A stretch of DNA of 64,000 bases. Source: Tubiluchus corallicola (Eukaryota > Animalia > Priapulida). Shown in pieces: positions 26,556 to 37,988 of the stretch (positions within the stretch are counted from its first letter, which is position 1; each line of letters begins with the position of its first letter). The DNA is taken from the NCBI GenBank assembly GCA_030141605.1, contig JAQGDQ010000211.1:146885-210884 (forward strand). The letters are read 5' to 3'. A program made the position numbers and the translations under genes. The notes below the pieces were generated by a model. The model saw only the letters and a list, made by a program, of their open reading frames with translations. It was not told where the DNA came from and did not search any database.

Positions 26556-27919
26556 CCTGTAATGAAAGAGAGCAGGTGAATGCATCGGCTAATCACGATC
26601 ACTAATCAAAGAAAACACCTGCATGCAATACCGTTAATTTTACTAATTAGGTAACGTTAAGGCTATTCATTTGGTATATTTGTTAAATGACAACCTGTTC
26701 CTATTGGAAGCATAATAACTGCCAATGAAATTAATGATCTCGTGGATTAATTAAAGACCTGACCTTTCCTAAACACAGTTCGGTTCATTGACTAGAAATT
26801 CGCCCCCCCCCTCAGCTTTCCGCCTACGCACATTTAGAGATCTACTGCAGATCTGTAAATGCAGCTATTCACATGTCTCTGCGGTAGTTTTTATCTGGAT
26901 GCGCTCGATTTGCAGATTTTTTGTTTTGTTCTGAAAAGTTTTGTTTAGTTTTTTCGTGAAATATGCCAAGTTAAATAAGGTTAGACGCAAGGCTGATTAA
27001 ATATAGGAACACCAAGAGAAACAAAAACAAAAAACACCGACGATAAAAATCGTGCTTGAACTCTATTTAGTATGTTTCGGCTGCTATGGCAACCGCCTTC
27101 AGTCAACCACTCCTACAACCGCCTTCCATTGTGTTTGGTTGTTGTAGGTGTAGTTGACTTAAGGTGTCTGCCAGTGCAGCCAGAACACACCAAGTAAAGT
27201 CCAAGCAATATGTTTTTACAAAGTTAAACCTTTTGTGGAGTATTTTTATCTTTGCTAGTTTTCTTTGAACATTAGCAATGAGTGGAAGGTAATTAGGTGT
27301 TAAACATTTCTGAATTGTGCGCCGATATAAATAGCTTAATGGCTACAATGTTCAATTTGCTGCAAAGTTGAGCAGTGTCAGTTCTAATTAGTGAACGGAT
27401 GGGTGACTGCTATCTGTTTATTGGTTTTAGCTGTCTCCTTGCCGCTTGGTAATTTTCTTGTTTAACGTTTCACAGCTTAATGCCTCGTGTAAGAAAATTT
27501 TTAATGCCCATTGCTGTTTTGTAAATCATAAGTGAACAGAGCTTCGATTAGTTCAACTCTTGTCAAATAAAGACAGTTCCGGCGAAGTAAATTAAATTTA
27601 TGCACTAGTCGGAGGCGAACCTGCCCACCCACGAGTTTTTGTTCTACGTTAAGCTCTCTGGAAATTGTTTATACGGCAGTACTATGCGAATTCAATTTGA
27701 CACCTTATAGTGGGCAGAGGACGTCATGAACTCACTAGAGAATGCGTGTCAGAAAAAGTGAAACCAGTCATGTGAAACAAGTGTCAGTTGAAACCAGATC
27801 AGGTGAATCCTGGCAAGTGAAACCACAATTCACAAGTTGCAAAGCAAACGACACAGTAATGGAGCTTGAAAAACCAAAAAATTAAAACGCCAATCTGAGT
27901 ATTAAAGGGAATAACTTTG

Positions 27920-28500
27920 AATTATGAATTATGTATTTATTCCACAGCAACTCAAACATACATATAAATTGATATAACATTGAAAAAAAACATAAACTAT
28001 GCGAGTTACTGTGAGGAAGAGGAAGGAGCATTTAGCTTTCGAGTCCTCCTCCAGATAAGTGAAACAATTGACAATTAACATTACGTAGTATTTTCATCAG
28101 TTATAACGTACATTAGAACAAAATAAGTTTTGTTAGTAACTTAAGATCAGGATGAGTAAAATTGTGAGTTGATTCTACCGTTGTAGTAAGTAATTTTTTG
28201 ATACTTTTTTAAATTGATAAAGATTAAGAGTTTTCATTTCACGCGGAATTGATGACCATATTTTAATGGCATTATATTTTGATGACTGTTTCGTTATGTT
28301 TGTTTTTGGAAGAGGGAGTACATAGTTTCCGACTCAATATCTTATGTAATGATCATGTTGATTTGAAACTGGACTAAAGTATGACTGAAAAGCTGGTGGA
28401 AGTAGTGAATTATGATACTGATACATGAAATGAAGACAATACATGTCATATATTTCTTTCACTTTAAGAGTTTTAACTGACAAATAAATTATATTGTTGA
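27920..28500 (-). mobile_element. CR1-group (L2/Crack/Daphne-like) LINE 3' remnant
   Basis: Translates to LKVKEIY..FMYQYHNSLLPPAFQSYF..H..IRY*..LPLPKTN..KIWSSIP..FKKSIKKLL, a typical ORF2 end, followed by AATAAA and a short-repeat tail. Confidence 0.75.
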
Positions 28501-28865
28501 ATTGTTGAATAACTAGGAATTTCAAAGTAGATGCAGGGCTGGACCTACCCCATGGGCTAGTATAGGCTAGTATCCTAGAGCCTCTCAAGCTTGGGCGCCC
28601 TGCTAAACGATTTTCAAATGTAATTTTCTTTTTGGAAACTTAAGTATAATATCTTAGTATTTTGCATTGTTGAATTCATTTAACGTAAAATAAAATTTAA
28701 ACTGTAAAGCAGGAGACCCGGAAGCCTGAAAGCCCAATTTTGAAAAAAAGAGGTCCTTGTTTGTGGCCCCTTATTTAAGATAAAGGGCCCCTGTTGAGAG
28801 AGGCAAATAGTTTCATTAGCATAGGGGGCGCTTAATGGTCTTAATCTGGCCCTCATTATATCTCA

Positions 28866-28971
28866 AAGAACTTTCCAAACAAAAACTTTCCAAACAAGAA
28901 CTTTCCAAACAAGAACTTTCCAAACAAGAACTTTCCAAACAAGAACTTTCTAAACAAGAACTTTCCAAACA
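28866..28971. repeat. 15-bp tandem repeat, about 7 copies
   Basis: (AAGAACTTTCCAAAC)n. Confidence 0.92.
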
Positions 28972-29406
28972 GTTATAAGTCTTACCTGTTTGAAAGACTT
29001 ATGTAATTGGAGAAAAAAATTCTTGATAATTTGAAATGTTCGCGGCAATTGGGTAAAATGTCACTGGCTCACCTTCCCAGTGTGCACTTCTGATTCACCA
29101 AAAAACACATTATTCACCTTATTGGCAAGATACAGTAATTTAAACTTTTTATAAGTTAGTGAACAATGTGCAACGAATGCTCTGATTATTCTTTTGACTT
29201 TGTGCAATGTTGTCCGAACTTATTTCAAACGAGTTATCATCAAAATGGCTGCGCCTAGCTGTCATCGCGGTAGTTTACATTTACAAATTACATATGGCGT
29301 TACTGTTAAGGCAAACTCAGTATGCAATAAGACAGTATGTAAATGATATAAAAGTGCAAGACGAAATATTTAACCTTTATTTAGGAAGTGTTCTCTTATC
29401 TTTTAA

Positions 29407-30273
29407 GTTAGACATTTGGTCTACTGTACCGTAATATATTCAGCAAGTTGGTCTAAAATTGAAAACTTGAAGGCAATAGACCAACGTACAAACACCAGTA
29501 TTAACCCGATAAAAGTTTTTAATACGCCCATGCTATTCCCTGTCTCAGTTTTAGTTTTCAGTTTATTACTTAAGCAGGGAAATTTTAAGGCATTTTTGTA
29601 CAAAATTAGGCAGGCTCCTAATAGCACATGTAACTAGTTATTAAGCCCTCAATCTGTACATCATTTATTATTTGAATGTACATTAGTAAACCAAGGCAAA
29701 AGAAATGATTTTATTAGCACTCTGCCTACGTTAGATTCGGACTATGTTTTCTCTAGCCGGGATAATAATGCTATAAATGCTTTTGCAAATCTTATCTCGG
29801 ATGAATTCCTATCGTCTTTCGCCCGTATATAAACAGTCTGTTGGTGATGAAATTTTACAACTCTCGTCGTGTTTTCTATATGCTGTTTTGTTTTTATTTA
29901 TGATTATGTGAATTTACATTAGAATTGGTAATTATGTTTATTATAATTGTACTCGCTGTTTTTCATTGTGTATAATGTGTGTAAATTTTTGTTACTAAGT
30001 ATTAAAATATGTTCGTTATCTTTTATTATGTATGTATGTAGTGTTGGATTATAATTTGTAACTATGTCTATTGTATATGATCGTTGTCGTTCAATGTGTC
30101 TCATGCGTTGGATTCTAAATTATATATATATATAAATATACCAAGAATATTAATGTGAATAGGCTTAATACGTTGTAAATGCTTTTAGAAATTTTAAACA
30201 TATCCCTACAAATAGAGGGAATGTATTCTGTACATAGTTTTTAAAAATAAAGAATTATAATAAAAATAATAAT
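29407..30273 (+). mobile_element. Second copy of the same LINE 3' end
   Basis: Near-identical to 1328-2298 apart from two deletions; in-frame stop in the zinc knuckle. Confidence 0.8.
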
Positions 30274-31781
30274 CAAAAGGGGCACTTAAATAGTAAAGTA
30301 GTTATTCAATTAGTAAATCAAGCCTTCCTATTAAACTGCAAGTTGTGATGCAGCCGTGGTAGCGCCCTCCTATGTCCAATCATCTCCATGCAGTGAAATA
30401 TGACATAGAGCAGCATTAAGCGCCTACTACTACGACACATCTGACAAGGGAGGCTTGCACGTGTCATGGACAACGAACTAGTATCTGCCTCAAGTCCATA
30501 TTAAGGAATTTCTGTGGTTGAGTGCTAGGTCTTGGGTTGAGGAATGCCGTGTGGTATGAAAATTACATTTTTTGTCCTCCAGTTTAAGGAAAAACCGAAC
30601 AATATTTGTTGCATTTTAATGGACAATTAAAAATATTAAAATCACAATACAAAATATGCGCATAGAATGCTTTGCTTAAACATGTAACAGAAATTTAGAT
30701 ATTTTTTTATCTCCCGCCAAACGAACGTCGCTGCCGGCATATTTGAAAAAATGACGTAATCTGGTGTCTGCTGGGCAGCGTGAAGGCTGTGAAAGCAAGG
30801 TTGATGTGAAGGTACGCTTTGAGAAATTTCTACAGTTTGCTTAGAAGTTCCGTTATTCTAATGTTGTGTTTGTTAACTGTCGTTATCTAGAAATTAGTCA
30901 TTCGATTAATTAGATCAAATTTAAAGTGGTTACATTACTTTAATATACAGGATTACACCTTAAAATGTGTAAGTAATTAACATTAAGTGTGTAAATAATT
31001 AATTTATAGATGTTTGTTGACTTTTAGATACGCATGTAAACTTGCCAGCACGTAGTAGATGCCGGGCTGGTTACTTAGTTTAGCGAGTTCGCTCTATAAG
31101 TTAAAAAAAGATTCTGAAGCACCTGGCGGGATAAGTGCTGGAAACCAAATGACGTCATTTTTCGTCTAAAATGAGCGCACCCAAGCGCGAAATAATCACG
31201 ACTTTAAATTGGTTTTACTAATTACACGAGATGTTTATCACAATTTCATTGCTGAAACGTTCCAACATTTTTCCCAAGTATTAAAATAAGGTCAACTTCC
31301 CGAGAGACTTGCTTTAATGGGTCGATCAGAGTCGGTTAAAGTTCATAGCGTGCTGTCGTATATCAGAACTGATTTAATTAAATTTTTAAAGCAGCGTTGA
31401 ACCAATTTTCACACCTGGGAGCTTTTTTATGAGACCGCATGGGTCTGTATTACAAGAAACCGTCATCTTGCCGTGAAATGTAACATTAACTTTGCACTTG
31501 TAACAGAAAACCTTATTTTATATCTCTTGTGAATATTTTTTTACGATTCAATGCAATCAGAATAGTTTTACAATCAGAATCTTACAAGCTTTTACAATAT
31601 TACAACTAACTGCTTTTACAACGAAGGCAAGAAGCAGCTGCTTTGTTTCGAGTTGGTTATAGAAAGCTTATCGTTTCGAAAACGTTTACTTCTTTATCCC
31701 CGGGATTTTGGGATAGTTTTGAAGAGAAGCGAGGTGAAGTTGTGCATTTTTCATATTCGCATGCGCCGACGGGTTGTCTTA

Positions 31782-31982
31782 AAGTGGCGTTTATGTAGCA
31801 TCTGGGATGCGTATGCGTTGTGCGTTATCCAGCAATAAAAGTCAATAGGAAATAGCTGCAGAAAAAACTAACGCATAACGCAGGTCTGATAAACGCGTGC
31901 TTTGAAAACAATGTAAGCCGATTTTATCTATTCCGCATCCGCATAACGCATACGCATTCCGGATGCTACATAAACGCCACTT
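31782..31982. mobile_element. Palindromic MITE
   Basis: About 43-bp TIR AAGTGGCGTTTATGTAGCATC...; TA on both sides. Confidence 0.8.
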
Positions 31983-32191
31983 TAGTCGCGTTTGCTTGTG
32001 TCTGTGCGTGCGTGCGTGTGTGAGGTGTGCGTGTGTCTGTGTGTGCATGCGTGCATGTGCATACCCTCCAGAAAGGTGCAGCAGTTTATTTCCCGCTGTT
32101 GGGTGTTTTTGAATGTCATTAGTAGCGGATAGATGGCGCTGGCTGATTGTATATTGCCGAGACGAAATCTCAGACCAGCTTTGCCATGTTC

Positions 32192-32260
32192 AGTCAGCAG
32201 CTCAATGAGTAGGGCATTTGCCATGAAAGCACAGGTTCTAGGTTCAACTCCTGGTTGGCC
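32192..32260 (+). pseudogene. Degenerate tRNA-like sequence (probable SINE head)
   Basis: AGCTCAATGAGTAGGGC D-arm and CTAGGTTCAACTCCTGG T-arm, with mismatched acceptor and anticodon stems. Confidence 0.5.
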
Positions 32261-33405
32261 CGCAATTTTTCTGCGTTTCCTTCAGTTAATTAGCTTAATC
32301 AGGTTAGTCGTTAATCGTGATGTCTCTCTTAATCTTTGAATCTCTTTTCAGTAAAATTTATAGGAATGAAGCCATATACTCACAAAACTTGTCACAGGAT
32401 AGGCCTAGGGAAGACGTGGGAAACCAATACTTTTTGCCTCAACGCTCCCAAGGTTTAAGGTCATAAGGTCAACATAGTTTTTTTTCCCGAATGGGTTCTT
32501 GTGAGAGCATGGGGCTGCCGCGTGCCCTTAGAGTGTTTACAAACCAGCAGCTGCCGGAAGTGACGTAGGACGTAGATGAGGTATGGAGTTGGTTAATATC
32601 CTGAAGACATTATCATGATTTATTACTCCCGATGAAGTGAACGTTGTTGACAGAGTGGGTTGATCTGTTTGAGTAACATCACATTCACCACTTACTGACT
32701 GCTAAACGACGGAAATATCAACTATAAAACCATTACAATGTTTCTCGTAATTGCCGTCTTTGCACCCGTGTCGCTAGTGTAGCGATTTTCTTTTTTTTCT
32801 ACAAATCGCCTCCAAAGAACGCCAGCGAACACTCATGGTGAATGTAACAGATTTTATGAAACAGCTGTAGTTTTTTTTTGAAGAAACATACAAACGTGTA
32901 TGTATGTTACACAACGTTAATTCTACACGTTGTGTAACGTACTTGGAATTGAACCCCGGCTCTCGAAACTCCTCGTTTTGAATCGACAATATTTGAGCAT
33001 CGTCGGATAAGCTTCACAAGAATGCGTCTTCAATCACATAGGCTGCAGATAGAAACGGGTAGATGGGCGAGACAGCCAAGGGAAAATGTCCTTGTGGGGA
33101 CATTCAAACTGAGAAACACGTTATACAGGCATGCCCCCTAACATCAAATATTTGAAACCGCTACGAAAATGTAAAGTTTTCTGATTTAACTCACTTCTTT
33201 GAGCACCCTAATTGTTATATAATATGTTATGAAATTTTGCAACTTTTACGCTGATGTACCTTTTATGCATAACACTGCTTTTAATGCTAAAACCGTGAGT
33301 AGGAAATGTACGTAAAGTGACATTTGGACTAAAATCACTAATGTATCAATTGTGGCATTTACCTCGTTCCTCGTGTATACATGTAACTTGTTTTAGTCAA
33401 GAAAC

Positions 33406-33441
33406 TACATACATACACACACACGCACGCACACACCCACG

Positions 33442-33533
<92 letters not shown>
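33406..33533. repeat. (CA)n microsatellite
   Basis: Direct reading. Confidence 0.95.
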
Positions 33534-33539
<6 letters not shown>

Positions 33540-34169
33540 CAAAACCATAGTTTTTGTAAATACGAGTCGCCTCAATCAAGGCCAATGACCGCTCGTAGTA
33601 GGTTTTGCACTAGACTGAAGATAACATTTACTATTCGGAGGAATAGAATTCATGCATGTAATGTGCCAGTGAGAGAGAGAGAGAGAGTATCTGTTGCTGT
33701 TTGTCTTGAATCGAGTAAGGACGTAGTTTTTATGTAAACAGTTTTCTGTAGATAATTCCACAGATAAGAAGCCCGGGGAAAAACTGGTTTATAATCAGAT
33801 GCAATTGTGCATTGTGCTGGGTAAACCTAGTTGAAACAGCAGAAAACCTAGCCTAGTACTACGAACAAATTACATGCTCACTTAGGTGTCACAGCTGATC
33901 ATAAGCTTTTTACAGGTCAAGGTCAGGTTAAGCTTAGGTTAGGTCAAGCTTAGCTCAAACTATTTGCACGTGGCTTTCAAGATGTTCATTCAAGCCATTT
34001 GTTCAAAATGGCTGACGTATAATGGCCAGGCCATCATTGTTTTTTGAATGGGTATTTAGTCGTCTTCATTAGATACAATAAAAAGTCATTTTCTTTGTTT
34101 GTGTGAAGTGACTGGCAAACTATGTTTAGGTATAGTAAAACGTGACAGAAGTTTCACTGGCTGCATTAA

Positions 34170-34627
34170 AGTACAAGAAAGCACTTTTCATAAATAAAGC
34201 TTAAGAAATTCGTCTTGAAATTTTATATCGCTTACGTGCTGTCTTATTGCATAGAGGACTGCGCTAGGCGTAACGCTGTGTAAAACTTGTTAATTTAAAC
34301 TCCTGCGATGATCATTAGGTGTTGCCATTTTAGCGGTAAGTCGTTTGAAACAAATTCAGATAACATTGTGTGAAGTTTGAAAAAATTATCAGAGCATTCG
34401 TAGCACGTGCTTCACTAACTAAGCAAAAGTTTTAAGCATGTGCTTGTAGTGAATCAGTGGTGCACACTGGGATGGTGTTACAGTGACGTTTCACCAGGTG
34501 GCCTGAACATTTTGGTTGTTAAGAATTTTCTTTTCCTGTTACGTAAGTCTTTCAAAAAGTAAGCGTAATGATAAGTGATATATGGAAAATTCCCCGGGAT
34601 ATACTTCAAAATCCCCTTTCTTAGCCT
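34170..34627. mobile_element. Abundant TTAA-flanked, AG...CT-ended MITE family (Kolobok-like); inverted copy 51207-51672, partial copies about 3790-4260, 25655-25880, 28975-29405, 54886-55212
   Basis: Shared body (TCAGAGCATTCGTAG, GTAAGTCTTTCAA). TTAA on both sides with purine-purine 5' ends instead of the piggyBac CCC. Confidence 0.7.
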
Positions 34628-34648
34628 TTAACGATTTCCATTAGAATA

Positions 34649-35181
34649 TGATTGGCATCCTTCTGTCTCGGAAGACAATGGAGTGTGCGCCAAGAGAGTC
34701 AGTTATTGATCACATTGATGGAGCTGCAGCGTCGACTGTGGCTGAGCAGGGTGATCCTTGAACGTCTCCCGGGCGCACGCCTGGGCAAGGTGTATGGAGA
34801 TCCTGAGTTGCCCAGACAACAGGAACCCCCTCTCTTCCTCGCTGGTGTAGTTCAAAGGCAAGCGGAACGATACGTTTGGCACCAGGTCGGCTGCAGGAGT
34901 GGCCGGAGTCAGTGAGCATGCTGCACTGGTCCGCCTTCGGGGCTCCACTCCTGATTTGGAATTTACTCCTCTACACAAGGCCGTTGGGTCACTTGACCTC
35001 CTCTACCCTCTTACCGTTGGCTGCTTGTGCAGCTCCTCCGCCTAGTGTCGAGATACAGTGTGGGCATGTAGCACCTGGTATTCCTAAGCAGTCACCCATC
35101 CAAGTACTAACCTGGCTCTACGTTGCTTATCTTCGGTGATCAGACGAGAACCGGTGTTTTCAACGTGATTTGGCCGTTGTC
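34649..35181 (-). mobile_element. Complete 5S rRNA-headed SINE (SINE3 type) with RTE-derived body
   Basis: 5S head at 35068-35181; body shared with 8441-8868; flanked by the direct repeat ATTAGAATA (34640-34648, 35182-35190). Confidence 0.88.
35068..35181 (-). pseudogene. 5S rRNA-derived sequence (SINE head, not a free 5S gene)
   Basis: Reverse complement GACAACGGCCAAATCACGTTGAAAACACCGGTTCTCGTCTGATCACCGAAGATAAGC...AGTACTTGGATGGGTGACTGCTTAGGAATACCAGGTGCT contains box A and box C. It lacks the 3' helix-I end and oligo-T terminator. Confidence 0.9.
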
Positions 35182-36311
35182 ATTAGAATAACTGATGTTG
35201 TTATTCGTTTTTTTACACATAGCTAATTTTAATGGCACGTTGAAAATTACCGGCCTGTGATGAATTTAGTTGTGATTCAAGATTACCGTGTAATAGTGAA
35301 TTTCTCTGCTGCAGGTATCACACCATGATACATTCATGTACAGATGCAAATGCGAGATCGATTCAAAAATTGGCTTTAATAAGGTGAAAGACCGTGAGAT
35401 GTCTCTGGTCTATAGAGCTGCATACAGGATAAAAGCGTATAGTAGTTTGCTATTATAGAAATTTTCACTGGCATACATGCAGGGCTGGATTGGATTGTCC
35501 CATTGGCTAATAGCGTTCTAGCGGGACTTTTGGAAGGAGATATATGGCTCTTTAGAAAGAGGAAGAACAGGGCTACACGATGATGTGGGCTACATTTTAG
35601 GACACGTCTACCAAGAGGAGTAGCGAGGAGTTAATTAGATGTTCTATTTTCGGCAATTTTCGCTTGGAAAACTGCTGACACAAAGCAACATTGTTCTGAC
35701 GTCATCCATTATACTCTGCTTATAACCTTATAACTTTAATTCAGTAAAAGCTGATGCTGCTGGATTTGTGTTAGGTAAATAAACGAACACTAGGTAGGAT
35801 GTTCGCGCATTTCTGATTATAAATGTATTTATACGCAAATTTTTTTGTGGGGCCTTTGCTAGTATAGGCTGTGGTCTAGGCCCCTTCAAGCTTTGGTCCC
35901 TTACATCTGTGTTAGCAAATGAGAACTTAGGGATGTTTAATCTCGCAAAAGACGTTAACAGAGCTTTTTCCGAATTTATAAAACAGTTCATATAAGCTGG
36001 GTATCCCACAGGAAAACGTGGGAATAATCCCCACTTTATACTAGTGTCTGATAAAAAAAGAAATATTCATCCTCCGTCAAAATCAATACTGAATGTGCTC
36101 AGCATCATATTTAATATCATCATTAAACAAACAAGACTTGAATTGAATGTTGCAAAGCAAGCTTCGATTTGAAATTGCAAAAACCTACGAAATACCACTT
36201 GGAGAAGTTAATAAAAGGATGAACTTAGTTTGTACAATGATGTTTCTTTCCAAAAAAAGTTCATGACTTCAGTGGGTCTTCAGCAAGGCAGTACAGTACG
36301 AGAAAATAGCA

Positions 36312-36458
36312 TACTGTACCTGCAAAATTGAATCGTACCGTACTGTAACTGCAAAATTGAATCTTACCGTACTGTACCTGCAAAATTGAATCTTACCGTA
36401 CTGTACCTGCAAAATTGAATCTTACCGTACTGTGCCTGCAAAATTGAATCTTACTGTA
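36312..36458. repeat. 29-bp tandem repeat, 5 copies
   Basis: (TACTGTACCTGCAAAATTGAATCTTACCG)n. Confidence 0.92.
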
Positions 36459-37530
36459 ATTCCGTACCAAGTGCACGGAGAATTTACTACAGGAGTGGCT
36501 TAAAAATTAAATGTAAATGTAAATTAAATTAAATGTAAATACTATTAGTTTACCAAATCTTATTATGCATACTATAAAAACAGAACAGCTGTTAGTCCTT
36601 CTATACTATTGTATTTATTTTAGGTTGCAAAAGCACAAGATATGAATATATTTTGAGCTAGTTTTACGTAAATGAAGACAGGACGATTTTTCATATACGA
36701 CCCCATAAGTCCGATAAAAGTATACATTTTAACACTATTACCACTGCAAAAAGCGTTTCTCATAATTACATAATAGATTAAAAATCTTAGTTAACGGCAT
36801 TTGCGGCCAACTACTCATGACATCACAAACGAACATAATTTTCAACAGCACAAATATTCCGCGAGCGTGTTGCACATGTTTGGCAAATCGAATATTGGAA
36901 GTACAGTGCTACTGTAACAGATTCAGTGTGTTGTACTAAAACTAAGCAAGTTTTAAGGTAAAAATTCAAATTTCAAATTTATCATTCACGCATGAGCTCT
37001 CAAACGTGTGTAATTCATCACAAACTATCACAACCGAACTGAGAGGTACAACACCTGTTTTTTGTACAATGCGTTTCTGAAATACAAGCACTAACCCGTC
37101 TAACCAGCGAATGGCGAAATGCATGTAACCGGGAAAAACTAGTGAAATTGTGTTTGTGTGCTAATAATTCTTTCACGTAAGTCATTTTTTTTTAAATAAG
37201 TATGTTTCATTTCAATATTTTAAAGAGTAGCTTGTTTTGACCGACAGTTTAAGATTGTTTCAGGTTTTGCCTTAATTAAGGCCTAAATTTTGCCCTAATT
37301 TGCCTGATTTAGGCTCGTATTAGGCGTATCAACTATTTTTAATGATTGTGCTCACTAATGACAAACTTTTAATGTCAATTCAAATTTAAAGTGTCTTACC
37401 TAAAACAAACGCAACTACATACTGATCGTAATACGACACCAAATTAATACTAGAAGTCAAGTGCAGCTCTTATGGAAAAACGTAGCACGAATTTGAGCAT
37501 TAAGTAACGATCTTGAGTAATCTGTCTTAA

Positions 37531-37988
37531 CCCTTTCAGTCCCAAATTATTTTTTTAATAAGAAAAAAATTTTGGCTTGGTACTTTTGTTCAGTATGTCC
37601 ATCTTGTTTACACATGACAACTTTTTTTTCTACCTGTGCCCGCGTGCTTAATGTAGCCTGTATCCCACGGGATACATTGGAATTCAATGGAAGCATAAAA
37701 TGCGCTTCATTTTGCAACTGCTGATAATTTTTTAAAGTATTTAAGACATTTAGTATGCATGCTATGCTGATCTGTACAAAGTCGTCTCTAAAGTACTGTA
37801 CCTTGCGCAGTTTTTTATGCTACGTAGATTTTTTAGTTTGCCATTTTATCACCATTTTTAGTCTATTGTTATTGGCTTAAATCAAAATAACTATTAACAG
37901 ATCAAATAACTGTCAGTTTTAAAGTTTTATTAATTTTAAAGGCAGAAAATATTCTCGTATCCAACGGGATACAACGGGTATGAAAGGG
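37531..37988. mobile_element. piggyBac-like MITE
   Basis: TTAA-CCCTTTCAGTCCC ... GGGTATGAAAGGG-TTAA; internal direct repeat GTATCC(C/A)ACGGGATACA. Confidence 0.85.

Noticed and set aside
32192-32260. Functional tRNA gene
   Set aside because: Acceptor and anticodon stems do not pair properly. Similar isolated B-boxes at about 461, 563, 45810 and 63885 point to SINE debris.
35068-35181. Functional 5S rRNA gene
   Set aside because: The 3' end and terminator are missing, and it is fused to a retroposon body within a TSD.
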